Part shown: positions 52,390 through 64,000 of the stretch, piece by piece
Layout of the letters: each line of letters opens with the position of its first letter
How positions within the stretch are numbered: position 1 is the first letter of the stretch
Source of the DNA: Lama guanicoe
Taxonomy: Eukaryota
Length of the DNA stretch: 64,000 nt
Assembly: GCA_013239625.1 (NCBI GenBank)
Contig: MU053994.1
Coordinates: 124,001-188,000 of the forward strand
Reading direction: 5' to 3'
Notes under the pieces: generated by a model
Databases searched by the model: none
The model's input: only the letters and a program-made list of their open reading frames with translations
What the model was told of the DNA's origin: nothing
Made by a program: the position numbers and the translations under genes

Positions 52390-54700
52390 TTAAATAAACA
52401 TTTTATTGAGGTGTAAAATGATACAGAAAATTATACTCATCATATGCATGAAGTTTTATGAATTAACACAGAGTAAACACACCCATGTAGCCCTCTGTGC
52501 TGCTCAAAAAACTGAAGAGTACCTGCACGCCCAGAAGCCTCCCTTGTGCCCTTTCTCAGTCACTTTCCCAACCCTTCTTCCCAAAGGGTAACCGCTAAGC
52601 AGAAAGCAGACTTCTAACATCACAGATTAATTTTTACTATTTTTAAAAACATTTTATATAAATGGAATCGGAGGTCTAGCTTCTTTCATTCAACGTTATA
52701 TTTATGGGTTATTTTTTAAAATTTTGTATAAATGGTATCAGAGGTCTAGCTTCTTTCATTCAATATTATCTTTATGAGAGTTATCTATGTTGTGGCTTGT
52801 AGCTTTGTTCTTTAGCATTGCTGTATAGTATTCCATTGTGTGCCTACACCACAATGAATTGATACATTCTTCTCTTGATTAATATGTAGGTTATTTCCAG
52901 ATTGAGATTATTAAAATAATGCTGCTGAAAATCTCCTTGTACATGCCTTTTAGTATACAAATGTTTAGTATACAAATGCAGTTCTGTTACAGCTATACTC
53001 GAGCGCAGACTTGCTGGCCGGTAGGGAACTCCTATGTTTAGCTTTAGTAGAAACCACAAAAGTGGTTATACCACTTTATACTCCCACGAGCCGTGTGTAA
53101 GAGTTCCAGTAGCCCCACAGCCTTGCCAGCAAGGTTTTACTTTCAGTAATAGAGTGGGTGTGTAGTAGTGTCTCATTTTAGTTTGCATTTGCACTTCCTG
53201 GTGACTAATGAGCTTGATTTTCTTCTCAGGTCTTTAGTGACCATTTTGGGGTGTGTGTGTGTGAAGTGACTGTTTGAGTCTTTTTGCTCATTATAATTAT
53301 TGAGTTCTATTTATCCCTTTGGTCCCTGTTCAGACCTTCCTGTATCTCCATGCTTCCATTTTCATTGGGTCTGAAATACTACCTTTAGTATTTCCTTTAG
53401 AGCAGATCTACTAGTGACAAATACCCTCATTTTTGTTTTGTCATCAGATGTCATTCTTTTGCCTTCATCTTTGTGTATGGAAGTCTAGGTCAGAGGTTAT
53501 TTTCTTCCCACTTTGACGTCATCATTCTTTGTCTTCCGGCTTCCCTTATCTCTGCTGAGATGCCGACTGTCCTTGTCATTGCTGCTTCTTTGACGTTCAT
53601 CTGATTTTTGTTTGTTTGTTTCTAACTGCTTTTTAAGGTTTTCACTTTTGACTTTTCAACAATTTTAACATCATGTGCTTCGTTGTAGTTTTCTTCACAT
53701 TTATCCTACTTGTGTTTTAGCTTGATACTTTAACAGTTTGGGAGAATTCTTAGACTTTATCACTTTAAATATTGCTTCTGACCCATTCTTCTTCTCTTTT
53801 TTTCTTTCTCTCTCCCCAGTAGTTTCACTTTTTCTTAAGTCTCTCATGCTTTTTGTTTCTCCATCTTCTTCTGACTTGCCTTCTGCTTAATAGTAATTAT
53901 CTTTATAGCTATTTATAATCTGTTAAACCCATCTGTTGATTTCTTAATTGTACTTATTATCTTTTTCAGTTCTAGAATTTTCATCTGAGTTTTTAGAATA
54001 GTTTCCAGTCTCTGACAAATTCTCTATTTTGTCAAAATTTCTTGAACATATTAGTTATGGATATTTTTAAGTCAATGTCAGGTAACTCCAATATCTGTAT
54101 TTCCTGTGGAAATATTTTAATTCTTGGATTTTGATCATTTTTTTGTTTTTGTTGTTGGCATGCTGTGTTATTTTTAATTAAATGTCAGATATTTGTATTT
54201 TAGAAATAGAGATAATTTGAGGCTCTGGATGAGTTATCCTTCTCCAAGAAGATTTTACTTTTGTTAATGGTAGGTAATTGAATTAGATACAGATCAAATT
54301 GATTCAGTCATAACTTGTGAGCACTCATCTACTTCTGGTCACCCTTACTCCTGGGGTCTAGTCTTTTGAGTTCCCATCAGAAAGCTTTGGGTATATCCAG
54401 GACCATTACAGGGCCAGAATGTCGATATTTGAGCCCACGCCCACCGGCTTTGAGAGACGACTGAAAGCTGTGTTCAGTTTCTTAGTCTGTTAGTACCCAC
54501 TGTCATAGGCAAATGTCTCAAGGGGAAAAGCAGCTTCAGAATTTTCTCTTAGAACTTTTGTTCTCTTTAAGATCTTGGCCCCGAAGTACTGACTGCTTTG
54601 GTAGATCTCTGATGCCTTTGAACAGATGTTTGTCCAGTTGTTCTTGGCAGAAGTATTAGACCAAAACAAGCTAATCTGCCACTGCGAGCATGGCAATCCT
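52390..54700 (-). mobile_element. Old L1M fragments, antisense
   Basis: T-rich, with L1 phrases (GTGGTTATACCACTTTATACTCCCAC, GTTTGCATTTGCACTTCCTGGTGACTAATGAG). Confidence 0.6.
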
Positions 54701-54931
54701 ATTTTTTGCTGTTTAATGTCTTTTTAAAGGGAATTTTAAAAGCATGAGAAGGTAGAATTGTACTTTTTTTCATTTTAATGCTCATTGACAGCTGTGAATA
54801 AGGGTAATATATTCTTCTTAAATTAGTCTATGCAAATCTTGCCTTTGAATCCTGGCAAAGTTTTTAGGATACATGTGGGAGAATGTGAAGTGTATTACGA
54901 GTTTGCTCCATAGTTAAGAATCAAGCCAACT

Positions 54932-55750
54932 ACGAAGATACACAAATGGCCAATAAGCACATGCAAAGACGCTCAGCATCATTAGTCATCAGGGAAATGC
55001 AAATCAAAATCACAGTGGGATACCACTTCATACCCACTAGGATGGCTAGAATCAAAAAGGTAATAATAATAATAATTCAAGTTAACAATAATAACAAAGA
55101 CTGGTGAGGATGTGGAAAAATTGGAACCCTCATACACTGCTGGTGGAAATGTAAAATGGTACAGTCGCTTTGGAATTCAGTCTGACAGTTCCTCAAACAA
55201 TTAAACATAAAGTTATCATAGGACGCAGCAAATCTGCTCCTGTAGACCCAAGAGAAATGAAAACATATCCATACACAGATGTTTGTAACAGCACTATTCA
55301 CATTAGCTAGAAGGTGGAAACAACACAAATTTTCATCAGCTGATGAATGGATAAACAAAATGTAGTAAATGGGATACTATTTGACCATGAAATGGAATGA
55401 AGGACTGATGCATGCTACACTATAGATGAGTGTTGAAAACGTTATGCTAAGTGAAAGAAACTAGTCACAAAAGACCATGTATTATACGAGTTCATTCATA
55501 TGAAAGTCCAGAATAGGGAAATCTATAGAGACAGCAAATAATTAGTGGTTGCTTAGGGCTGAGTGGGGGAGGGGGTTGGAGGAATGAGAGTTAAAGGGTA
55601 CAGGGTTTCTTTTTGAAGTGATAAAAATGTACTGAAATTGACTGTAGTTTTGGTTACACATATCTGTGAATCTACTTTTAAAGAAACATTGAATTGTACC
55701 ATAATATGAATTGTATGGTATGTGAATTTTATTTCAATAAAGGTGTTACA
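54932..55750 (+). mobile_element. L1M ORF2 end and 3' UTR, sense
   Basis: GAAGATACACAAATGGCCAATAAGCACATG...CATCAGGGAAATGCAAATCAAAA...ATGTGAATTTTATTTCAATAAAG. Confidence 0.85.
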
Positions 55751-56424
55751 ATAAAGGACCAAAGCAATATTCATAATAGCATTGGGGAAGGAAGGTGGCA
55801 GATGTGGATACAAGTTCATGGTGATGATGATCTCTCTCACTTTCAGTCTCTTCATTAACAGTTTGCTGACCTGTTGCCAGGGCCTGGGGTGGAACTGAAG
55901 CCGGATACTGGGTCCTATAATTAGTGGTCAAGAATAACTCAAGCAAGAGTAAGCCATGGAATCTAGCAAGAACAGTGATCTGGATAACTGATCAGGAAGA
56001 CGACACTGCCGACATAATCTAGGCTTGTCTTAATCCTGGTTGGGCCCCACATCCTGAAGCAGTACTTAGCTTCCTTAGTTACTCCTGTGGTTAGAAAATA
56101 CTGCACTGTTACTAAATCTCCCGGTTTTGCAGGCCTCTCATGTACCTAAAAGAGATTTTCTTAAGAGTTTACACTTAAATCTCAAAGACCTTTTCTAATT
56201 TGGATCCTACTTCTCTGGAAGTGTTGGAAACAGGTGCAACTGCTTGATTGAGAAAGGCCCATAAAGCAGATGTATATGCATGGGAAACCCATTACCCCAG
56301 AAGTCACCCTCTGTTCCAGGGCTTTGAGAGTTCTCATTGCTCGCTTCAATTATGTCTGTTAGAGATTTGGAACTTCAGTTCCTCATTTGGTAGTGAAAAA
56401 AGGCAGTTCACAGATTGTGCAATT

Positions 56425-57900
56425 TTTAATTCATTTATTCAACACACATATATTAATTACCCACTTCGTGCCAGTCACTGTGCTAGGTGCTGGTGATAAA
56501 AATCTGCATGAAACAGTGGCTACCTCTAGGAGATTGCACTGAACCGAGGGTACCAAGTGATGAAATGAAGGTTTGTGCAGGTGGCTGTGAGTTCCCAATA
56601 GATTGACGGTTAACTGAGCTTAGAAGAGTCTTGGAAGCATTTAGCACAAGTGAATAAATGTAGTTGAATAAAGGCTGAGAAAAGGCATTATTGATGAGGT
56701 AACACTTTGACTGAACCTTGAAGAACAAGTAGGGTTTATGCAGCCAGGCAGAGAGAAGAGGAAGGCTGGTGGCGAAGAAACACATGAGTTCAGACACTGT
56801 GGCAGGAGCCATATGGGAGTTAACAAGTGACAGAGCCAGAAAGGGAGGAAGGCTTTAATGGTCATGCAAATCACCTGGAAAATCGTGGTAAAATACAGAT
56901 TCTGACTCAGTGGGTCTAAAGTGGAGCATTTCTAACAAATCCCAGTCAGTGTCAGTGCTTCTGGTCCATGAGCTACACTGAGTCGCAAGAGCTTAGAGAT
57001 CTATTTGAGTGTGATGGGAGAGGAGAGTGAAAAGTCCTAGTTAACATGTAACTTTCTGGATAAGATGATCTGGAGTGATGATGTCATGAGCTGCTAGAGG
57101 AAAAGTAAAAAGAGATTTTCAAGGAAATATAAATCTTGTTCTGTCTGTGTTTTGTTTTATTTTGAGGCACCTGTATCTAGGAAGAGAAATCTGGTAGGCC
57201 CTTGGATAAAATGAAAAAAGTAAAGCCATGGTTTCTGAGTGGAAGAGAAAGATGTGACTAAATGTAGTTGAGAAGGGGCTGCAAGAAAAGTGAGAGGATG
57301 ATTAGGAGAAAACAGCATGATCACTTCTACAGAAAAAGTTTCAAGAAGGTAGGAATGGACATTGTCAAAATGTTGCAGAGAGATCAGGAAGGAGAAAGAC
57401 CAGAATCCAGACTGCGAGGAGTTGAGGACTGGAAATGAGTGTTTTGATGAGAGCTAACTCAAGAGGGTGGACTGAAAAGCGTCAGAGAGTGTGATAGTAG
57501 ACAGAAAAGAGCACAGGGTGAAGGGAGGGGTCCTTCCTTTTTCACTCCCTCACCCTTTTTTTCCCTTCCTTCTTTCCTTCCTCCTTCCCTCCCTTCCTTC
57601 CATCCTTCCTTCCTACCTTTTTTCCTTTCTTTCTTCCTTTTGGCAGTATTATTATAGAAATTTTCCAATAAATCTCCATGTACGTCACACAGCTTCAACA
57701 ATTATGTACATTTTTGCCAGTGAAAGGTGATTTCTTAGATGCAGCTGACTTAGATGTATTCATACACTGAGGAAAAAGAGCCAAGACAGAGGGAGCAGTT
57801 AAAAATTTAGGAGAGAAGGATGATAATTGACAGAGCAAGATTTTTGAGAAGTGGCAAATGATGGAGTGTACTACAGGTAGAAATCTGGGCTCCAGATAGT
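56425..57900 (-). mobile_element. Degenerate L2 fragments with inserted MER5A-like element (about 56850-56990) and (CCTT)n tract (about 57560-57640)
   Basis: ATTCATTTATTCAACACACATATT...CACTGTGCTAGGTGCTGG (L2 3' end) and AATCACCTGG...TAAAATACAGATTCTGACTCAGTGGGTCT (MER5A-like). Confidence 0.55.
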
Positions 57901-60900
57901 AAGACACTGTCCACTGAGGTAAGTGAAAAAGAGGCAGAAATCACTGGCCCTCAGAATCTGGTTGAAATTTCAGTTTCTAGAATCTTACTGTGCCAAGTTC
58001 TCCAGTTTCCCTCTGCCACTGCACTCCGCATCCATGCAGACTGCCTCAGTTGCTCCCTTGGAGTCATTCACGAATTTTTTTGAAGAATCGATTCCACCCA
58101 AGCATTTCACGAGTTCACTTGTTTTGCTGAAGATCCAGTGTCTATGGAGAATAGTCACATTACAGAGAACAACCATTTACCATTCTCCGTCTTGGGAGCA
58201 GCCTCTCTTTCTCTCCAAAGCCACAGAAGCCACTCGCCTTGTCCTGCAGACAGAACTCCTCTCTTGAGGAATAAAATGTTCTCCATCACTTAACACAAAG
58301 ATTAAGTTTTTGGTCTCAAGTCAGGAAATGAGCAAAGTCATCCCTAATAACAATTAATTTCTCTGTGAAATAGGATGAGGATTCATTTGGAAGGAGCTCA
58401 TTTGGCTGGATTGAAGAGGGAAGAAGATTTTAAGTGTGGCAAGGGTGTGGAATATTGCCAAAGCCTTCTTTTTAGCTTTACCTAAAATGATGTCTTGACT
58501 TCTAACAAAAGATAAAAACAGCAAAATGCCTCCTGACCCCCACCTCTGCCCCACAGACACTCATAGAAAGTGACAATAGGGTTATTAGGGGATGTTAGAC
58601 TTCTATGAAGTGCCACTTAAATGGGTGGGACTGCCAACTAATCCCCTTTTGTGTTGACTGTGGGAAGAGAAGGTTGGGAAATGATGTCAGAAACTTTTCT
58701 CCATTTAAGTCTGAATAAGTAGACATTTGCATGAGCATTATCCTAGCCTTTCATTAGATAACAGCTTAATTCTAGAGGTAGAAATGTACACTCCAAGTAT
58801 TTTATACAAGTTTCTTGTCTCCCAAGTATATCTCTCTTCCTGGCCCCCTTTTTGCTGGTGACATTTTGCAGGGAGTACCCAACGGTCGGAATGATGATTG
58901 AAGTCAGTGATTTCAAGATAATTTCTTTGCATTCTCTAAGGCTTTAGCAGTTGATTGCTGTTCAGCACCAACTGGGTAAAAATTGGCTAATTCTCTTGAT
59001 AGAGAAAAAGATTTAATTGGGAAATAATTGACCTAAAAAGAGAAAAATGGATAGATGCTTAAAAAATTGTTTGGGTCATTGTTAAAAGTAGTAAGTAATT
59101 TGGAGTTAAAGTACCATAAATATAACAATATAAATACTGTATGTGTATGTTTACATAATTTACCTTATAATTATTTATGCTTAGCTCATTTTCTGCATTT
59201 GAAGTATTTTTCTTATAGTGGAAAAAAAACATAAGGACTAAAAGAAAAGAATCCAATACTAGATCCTTAAAGTCTGTAGAAATTTGTAACTACACATATA
59301 AAAGTATATCAGCAATATGAATTATCCTCTCAGGAAAAATAACTCAGTCCAACTACTTCCCAGTCTACTCCTGTGATAGTATTTTTCTTTTAAATTTGAT
59401 TAGTAGATGACAGTTTTTCCAGTGAATGATATCGATAATTTAAATCCGTGCTAAAAGACTGTGAGCAAAGTTGATGCTCTGAGTAAAACTGAGCTTCTCC
59501 CAGGTAAATAATACCAAAGCTTCAGAGTTTTTATGCCCACCAGGTATAGATGTTTCCCATGGACTCAGAACTTAAATAAGAAAAAAAAAACACCTTGATT
59601 CCCATGTATTTTAAATTATACATTTAAGTAAAGACAATTATGTTATATGGCCACTGTATTTTAAGAGGCAGGCATGGGAGGTATTACCATCTGGATTTTA
59701 TGGATGAGAGAGCAGAACCCAGAGAGATTGCCATTTCCCCAGGGTAGACTGGAAAAACAAGAGTAAAACCAGAGCTAGATTTTCAGTTCCTAACTCCAAG
59801 CCCTGCCTCCTGACCCTCCTTGCTCCAACATCTGGAGGTGGCAGCAGCCTGTAGTAAGTGATTATAGTTCAGTTTTGACCACACAGTCTGTGCTCATGGA
59901 TTGGCAGTACATTTTTTAGATAATAGAACTCAGCCACCAGAGTTAATGCTGTCAAGCGTAGTACCATGATGCTCCATTTAAATGAGCCACATCTTGTCCC
60001 CTACACTGCTGCTTTGTATAAACTGGGCCAACCTATTAGCCATACGTCATTTTAAAGAATAAACAGCTTGAGTTGAGACTTCTTGAAACATTAAGGCCTT
60101 TTAGCCCAAGACAGATTGATTCTCAGTAACAAGTGAGGGTCTTATTTCTTCAGCAGTCTCCAGAATTTAAGAATATAACTGAAGAGTAAAGAAAAGTGAG
60201 CAATCTGTCATCAGTGTATACATTTAAAAGGTTTTGCAGATAGAGAGAAATTCATGAGCAATTAATTCTTGAGTGCTGTCTGTGTTTCTCGTCCTGGTAT
60301 ATGTTGAGGGTATCAAGAAGACAGATGTGGTCACTCTTGACCCCTCAGGAGCTTATAAGCTAATTGAGGAAACAAAATACACCAGGCAAAGGACTCTACA
60401 TCTTCAGACAGAGCAAGATATGGTCAGATAGGTGTTTCAGTTTGGGTTGACCCCAAAGCAGACTCTGAGACAAGGATTTGAGTGCATGTCTTTTTGGAGG
60501 AAGGTGTAAAAAGCGTGGGAGAAGGGAAGTGAGACAAGGAAGGGAAGGCAGCCAGTAAAAGGAGAGTTATTAGACAGCGGTCACCGTAGGTGACCAGAAA
60601 GTAATCCTACAAGGAAACACTGGTAAATGGCCTAGAACACACACCTCAGAGTTATTCTTCCCAAAGAGGAGGGGAACTCAGGTCATTACATTGCAGCTCT
60701 TCTCAGGGCTAGACTTGGAATGCGGAAGGGCTCTCCCAGGGTATCAATTCCTCCAAGCTTCAGCTGGCCAAGCACCTGGGCAGAGCATGCTTCTGGCACC
60801 ATGTGCAGAGACTGACAGCTGGAAGTCAGCCTGCATGTAGAAAACAGAGGAGTCCCAGGAATATGGGGAGGGAGGGGGCTGACAGCAGCTGCCACAGTAG

Positions 60901-60951
60901 CTTTCTCGGTGGAGGTGAGACATGAGGGTCCTCTTTCTCTTCTCTTCTCAG

Positions 60952-61778
60952 GTCTATTCATGGTCCTCTCCCTCTTGTCCATTGTGTACGGAGCCTTGCG
61001 CTGCAACATCCTAGCCATCAAGATCAAATATGATGAATATGATGTCAAAGTGAAGCCTCTGGCCTATGTCTGTATCTTCCTCTGGAGGAGCTTTGAGATT
61101 GCCACTCGTGTCATCGTCCTGGTCCTCTTCACCTCCGTCCTGAAGGCCTGGGTGGTGATAGACATACTCATCAACTTCCTCAGCTTCTTCTGCTACCCCT
61201 GGATCCTCTTCTGGTGCAGTGGCTCCCCTTTCCCCGAGAACATCGAGAAGGCCCTCAGTCGGGTGGGCACCACCATCGTGCTGGGCTTCCTCACCTTACT
61301 CTATGCTGGGATCAACATGTTCTGCTGGTCAGCTGTGCAGCTGAAAATCAACAACCCTGACCTCATCAGCAAGTCCCAGAACTGGTACCAGCTGCTGGCA
61401 TACTACATGCTGAGATTCATTGAGAACGCCTTCCTCCTCCTCATGTGGTATCTTTACAAGACTGACATCTACATGTATGTGTGCGCGCCTCTGTTGATCC
61501 TGCAGTTGCTCATCGGGTACTGCACGGCCATTCTCTTCATGATGGTGTTCTATCAGTTCTTCCACCCTTGCAAAAAGCTCTTTTCGTCTAGCGTGTCTGA
61601 AAGCTTTCAGGAGTGGCTAAAGTGTGCTTGCTGTGACTGCAGGCGGCAGAAATCCTGTGAGTCTGTCGAAAAGACAGATCTGAGGTTTCCCGCAGACAGA
61701 GAGGAAACACCTTCTAGCAGTAAAATAAGTTCCATGCCCAGCCAGATCTTGAACACCGATGAGCTCTGTTCTGCGTAA
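60952..61778 (+). CDS. XK: XK coding exon 3 to stop, 827 nt
   Basis: Long pyrimidine tract + cag acceptor. Spliced CDS is 1335 nt = 444 aa; R222, C294, E327 and the Kell-linking C347 fall at the human numbering; ends DELCSA TAA TAG. Confidence 0.98.
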
Positions 61779-64000
61779 TAGGACCCAAGTCTCTTGGGGC
61801 ACAGACATATTGTTTTCTGGGTTGTACCCTGTTCTTCATACATGTGATGGGCCCTGCGCAGTTAACAAAGCAGGAAGTTAGCTCTCAACTCCTTGTGAGT
61901 TGCTCCCCTTTAGAGAGCTCTTGGGCAGGCATGTGGGAACCATGGAGAGAAGCCAGGGAAAGCCCTGCGTGTTGGACGGGCAGCCTAAGGCACCACCATT
62001 CACAGTTGACCATGTTCTCCCAGGCGTTACTGGCTTTTTCACTGACACAGTACTCATGATATTTGAGTTGAGCTGGTTAGATCCATCGGGTAGAATGAGG
62101 GCAGGGGCTTTCTTGTTTCCTAGTTTTCTGGACTGCTGGTCTGGGTAGCCTAATGTTTTATTATCCCTGAGCATAGTTTTCACCCAAGAGCTGTCTGATG
62201 ACTAGAGATGGTTACTGGGGTTTTGCCACCAGCCAGATCATTCCTGTCAGAGTTTTCAGAGAGAGCTGTTAAAGTTTGGTTTTTGAATAGACAGATGATC
62301 CATTTTCATCCCTAGGGCTCTTTCTGCATAACCAACTGTCACAGCCTTGGCCTGCTATCTCTAATTGATTCAAAAGTCTGGACTTAGAGACTTCATTCTC
62401 AAGGATCCATGGTTGCAAAATTGGATTCTAAATTAGCTTGTGGACTTCCTCGAATTTTAGGAAAGTTGTGTTCCTTCAGTATGTTGAAGAACTTCTGGAT
62501 CAAGAGGGTTGTTAAAACAGCATGATTTAGGCATTTGTAAGCTGAATTCTTACCTTCTTGTGGTGGTTAAAGATGTGAATCTGCTAGAAGGTAGGCTTAA
62601 ACCTCTTCAAGTTTCAGTCCTGACAGTTCTGAGAGATTTCTAGGAGAATTAACTTGGATTTGCCTTCTTAAGATAGAAGAAAATAAAACTAATAGTCTTT
62701 ACTCCACCTATTCCTTGCCTGTCAGGACAGTTTTAGAGAAGAGTTACTTTGGTTAACTTAACTTTTTCTAGAAAGCTCCACAGAAATTTCTCACCTAGCA
62801 CAGGTATATAGGGCATTTTAATTTTCATTATTTGAAGGAAAAAGGTTTCCCCCCTCAGTTAGATACTGACTTCCAGAAACTTTTAAATTTTAGAAAGAGA
62901 TGCCGTGACCAGAAGATTTTTATCTTTAACTGAATGCATTTTAATTTGGCATGATTATGAGTTAATTTGAACAAGATCTCCAATTTTCTCCTAGAATCTC
63001 TTATCTTCAGTATAATTTCTCTTTTAATCTGAAACCCTATTTCTTTCATGAAAAAATTGTGTAGCATATCCTCAGTTGTCTTGGAAAAATGCCTGGATCT
63101 GGTACCATTATTTCTACCATAAAAACCTTGATAATGAAGTACCTGGGAGCAGGTGACCTGTCATTGATGAGGCTGGACACTGCAGGTGGATCAGGGTTGA
63201 CAGTCTTAGGACCCCTAAGGGTTGAACTTTCTGACCCATCCCGTTTCTAACTGTCAGGGTTAAAATGGTGAGTTTGAGCAGAAGTTGTGGTCAGAATTAG
63301 ATAGGGACGGAGAGACTGGTACTTCCCCCGCCGTGGTTTAGAAGCCCGTCTCAAGAACCATTACAAAATCTGAGCCTTCAAATACATTTAAGATCATTTT
63401 AATGTAGAATATAGGTACACATCTTGAATGGCCCCAAACCAGACTAATACTGATGGCCTGTCTGACTCCCAAAGCCCAATTATAAGCCACATTTATAAGG
63501 ATAAAGAGGTTTGGTAACCAAACTGGACATTTTGTCGCCTTTAACTCTTGATATGCAGAGACCCCCACTTTGGGGCCATATATGTCCAGTAACTTTGGGG
63601 GAGAGAAAGCACTGCTCTTTTTCTTCATGGTGAAAATTTAAGTCATAGTGAACTGAGAACTTTTGTTTTAAAATTATTTATATTATACCTCTGAAATGGC
63701 AAAATTATACTTCAGACTGCGGAACTAGCTTGCCATAAAGGCAAACAAACCAGCAAATTTCCTCATATCTTGAGAGCTGAAACATGTTTTTCAGTTATAA
63801 TTCCAATTTTTAAAACTCTCAGTGCTTTGTCTAATTAATTACATGTCATAACTTGTCATGTCAGACACTCCAACTGAATCACTATCATTTGGCTGGTTGG
63901 AGGCAAAGTATTTCCTTGAAATATATTGAAATAAGATCATCAGATATGTTTAGACTTTCTCCATAACTGGAGACAGGACAGTATAGAGGTCAGCAATTCC
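61779..64000 (+). other. XK: XK 3' UTR (probably continues past the window)
   Basis: Follows the stop codon; one AATAAA at 62682-62687; true end not determinable. Confidence 0.6.

Noticed and set aside
52650..52778. About 70-bp tandem duplication (GAGGTCTAGCTTCTTTCATTCAA twice)
   Set aside because: Local duplication within a decayed L1; no sign of function.
60909..60951. N-terminal part of the 289-aa ORF
   Set aside because: Intronic pyrimidine tract with a non-ATG start; the exon begins at 60952.

Overview
Mammalian genomic DNA, probably camelid (camelid-type tRNA-derived SINE), syntenic with the X-linked LANCL3-XK region. The + strand carries the last two coding exons and a long 3' UTR of LANCL3. 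It then carries a CpG-island promoter and the complete three-exon XK gene (245+263+827 nt, 444 aa). Most of the rest is AT-rich intron with old L1/L2/MIR/MLT/MER repeats, plus a 114-N gap. The outstanding feature is in XK intron 2 (about 34140-35420): a broken short histone H2A variant gene (H2A.L-like) in which two histone-fold segments have been tandemly amplified (29 x 21 bp and 4 x 24 bp). This creates an intact 302-aa ORF from an internal strong-Kozak ATG, still flanked by a CRE-like promoter and a poly(A) signal. It is a candidate lineage-specific gene derived from a histone pseudogene; expression is not shown by the sequence. An unexplained GC-rich block of about 2 kb follows it. Repeat family names and coordinates are by eye and approximate.
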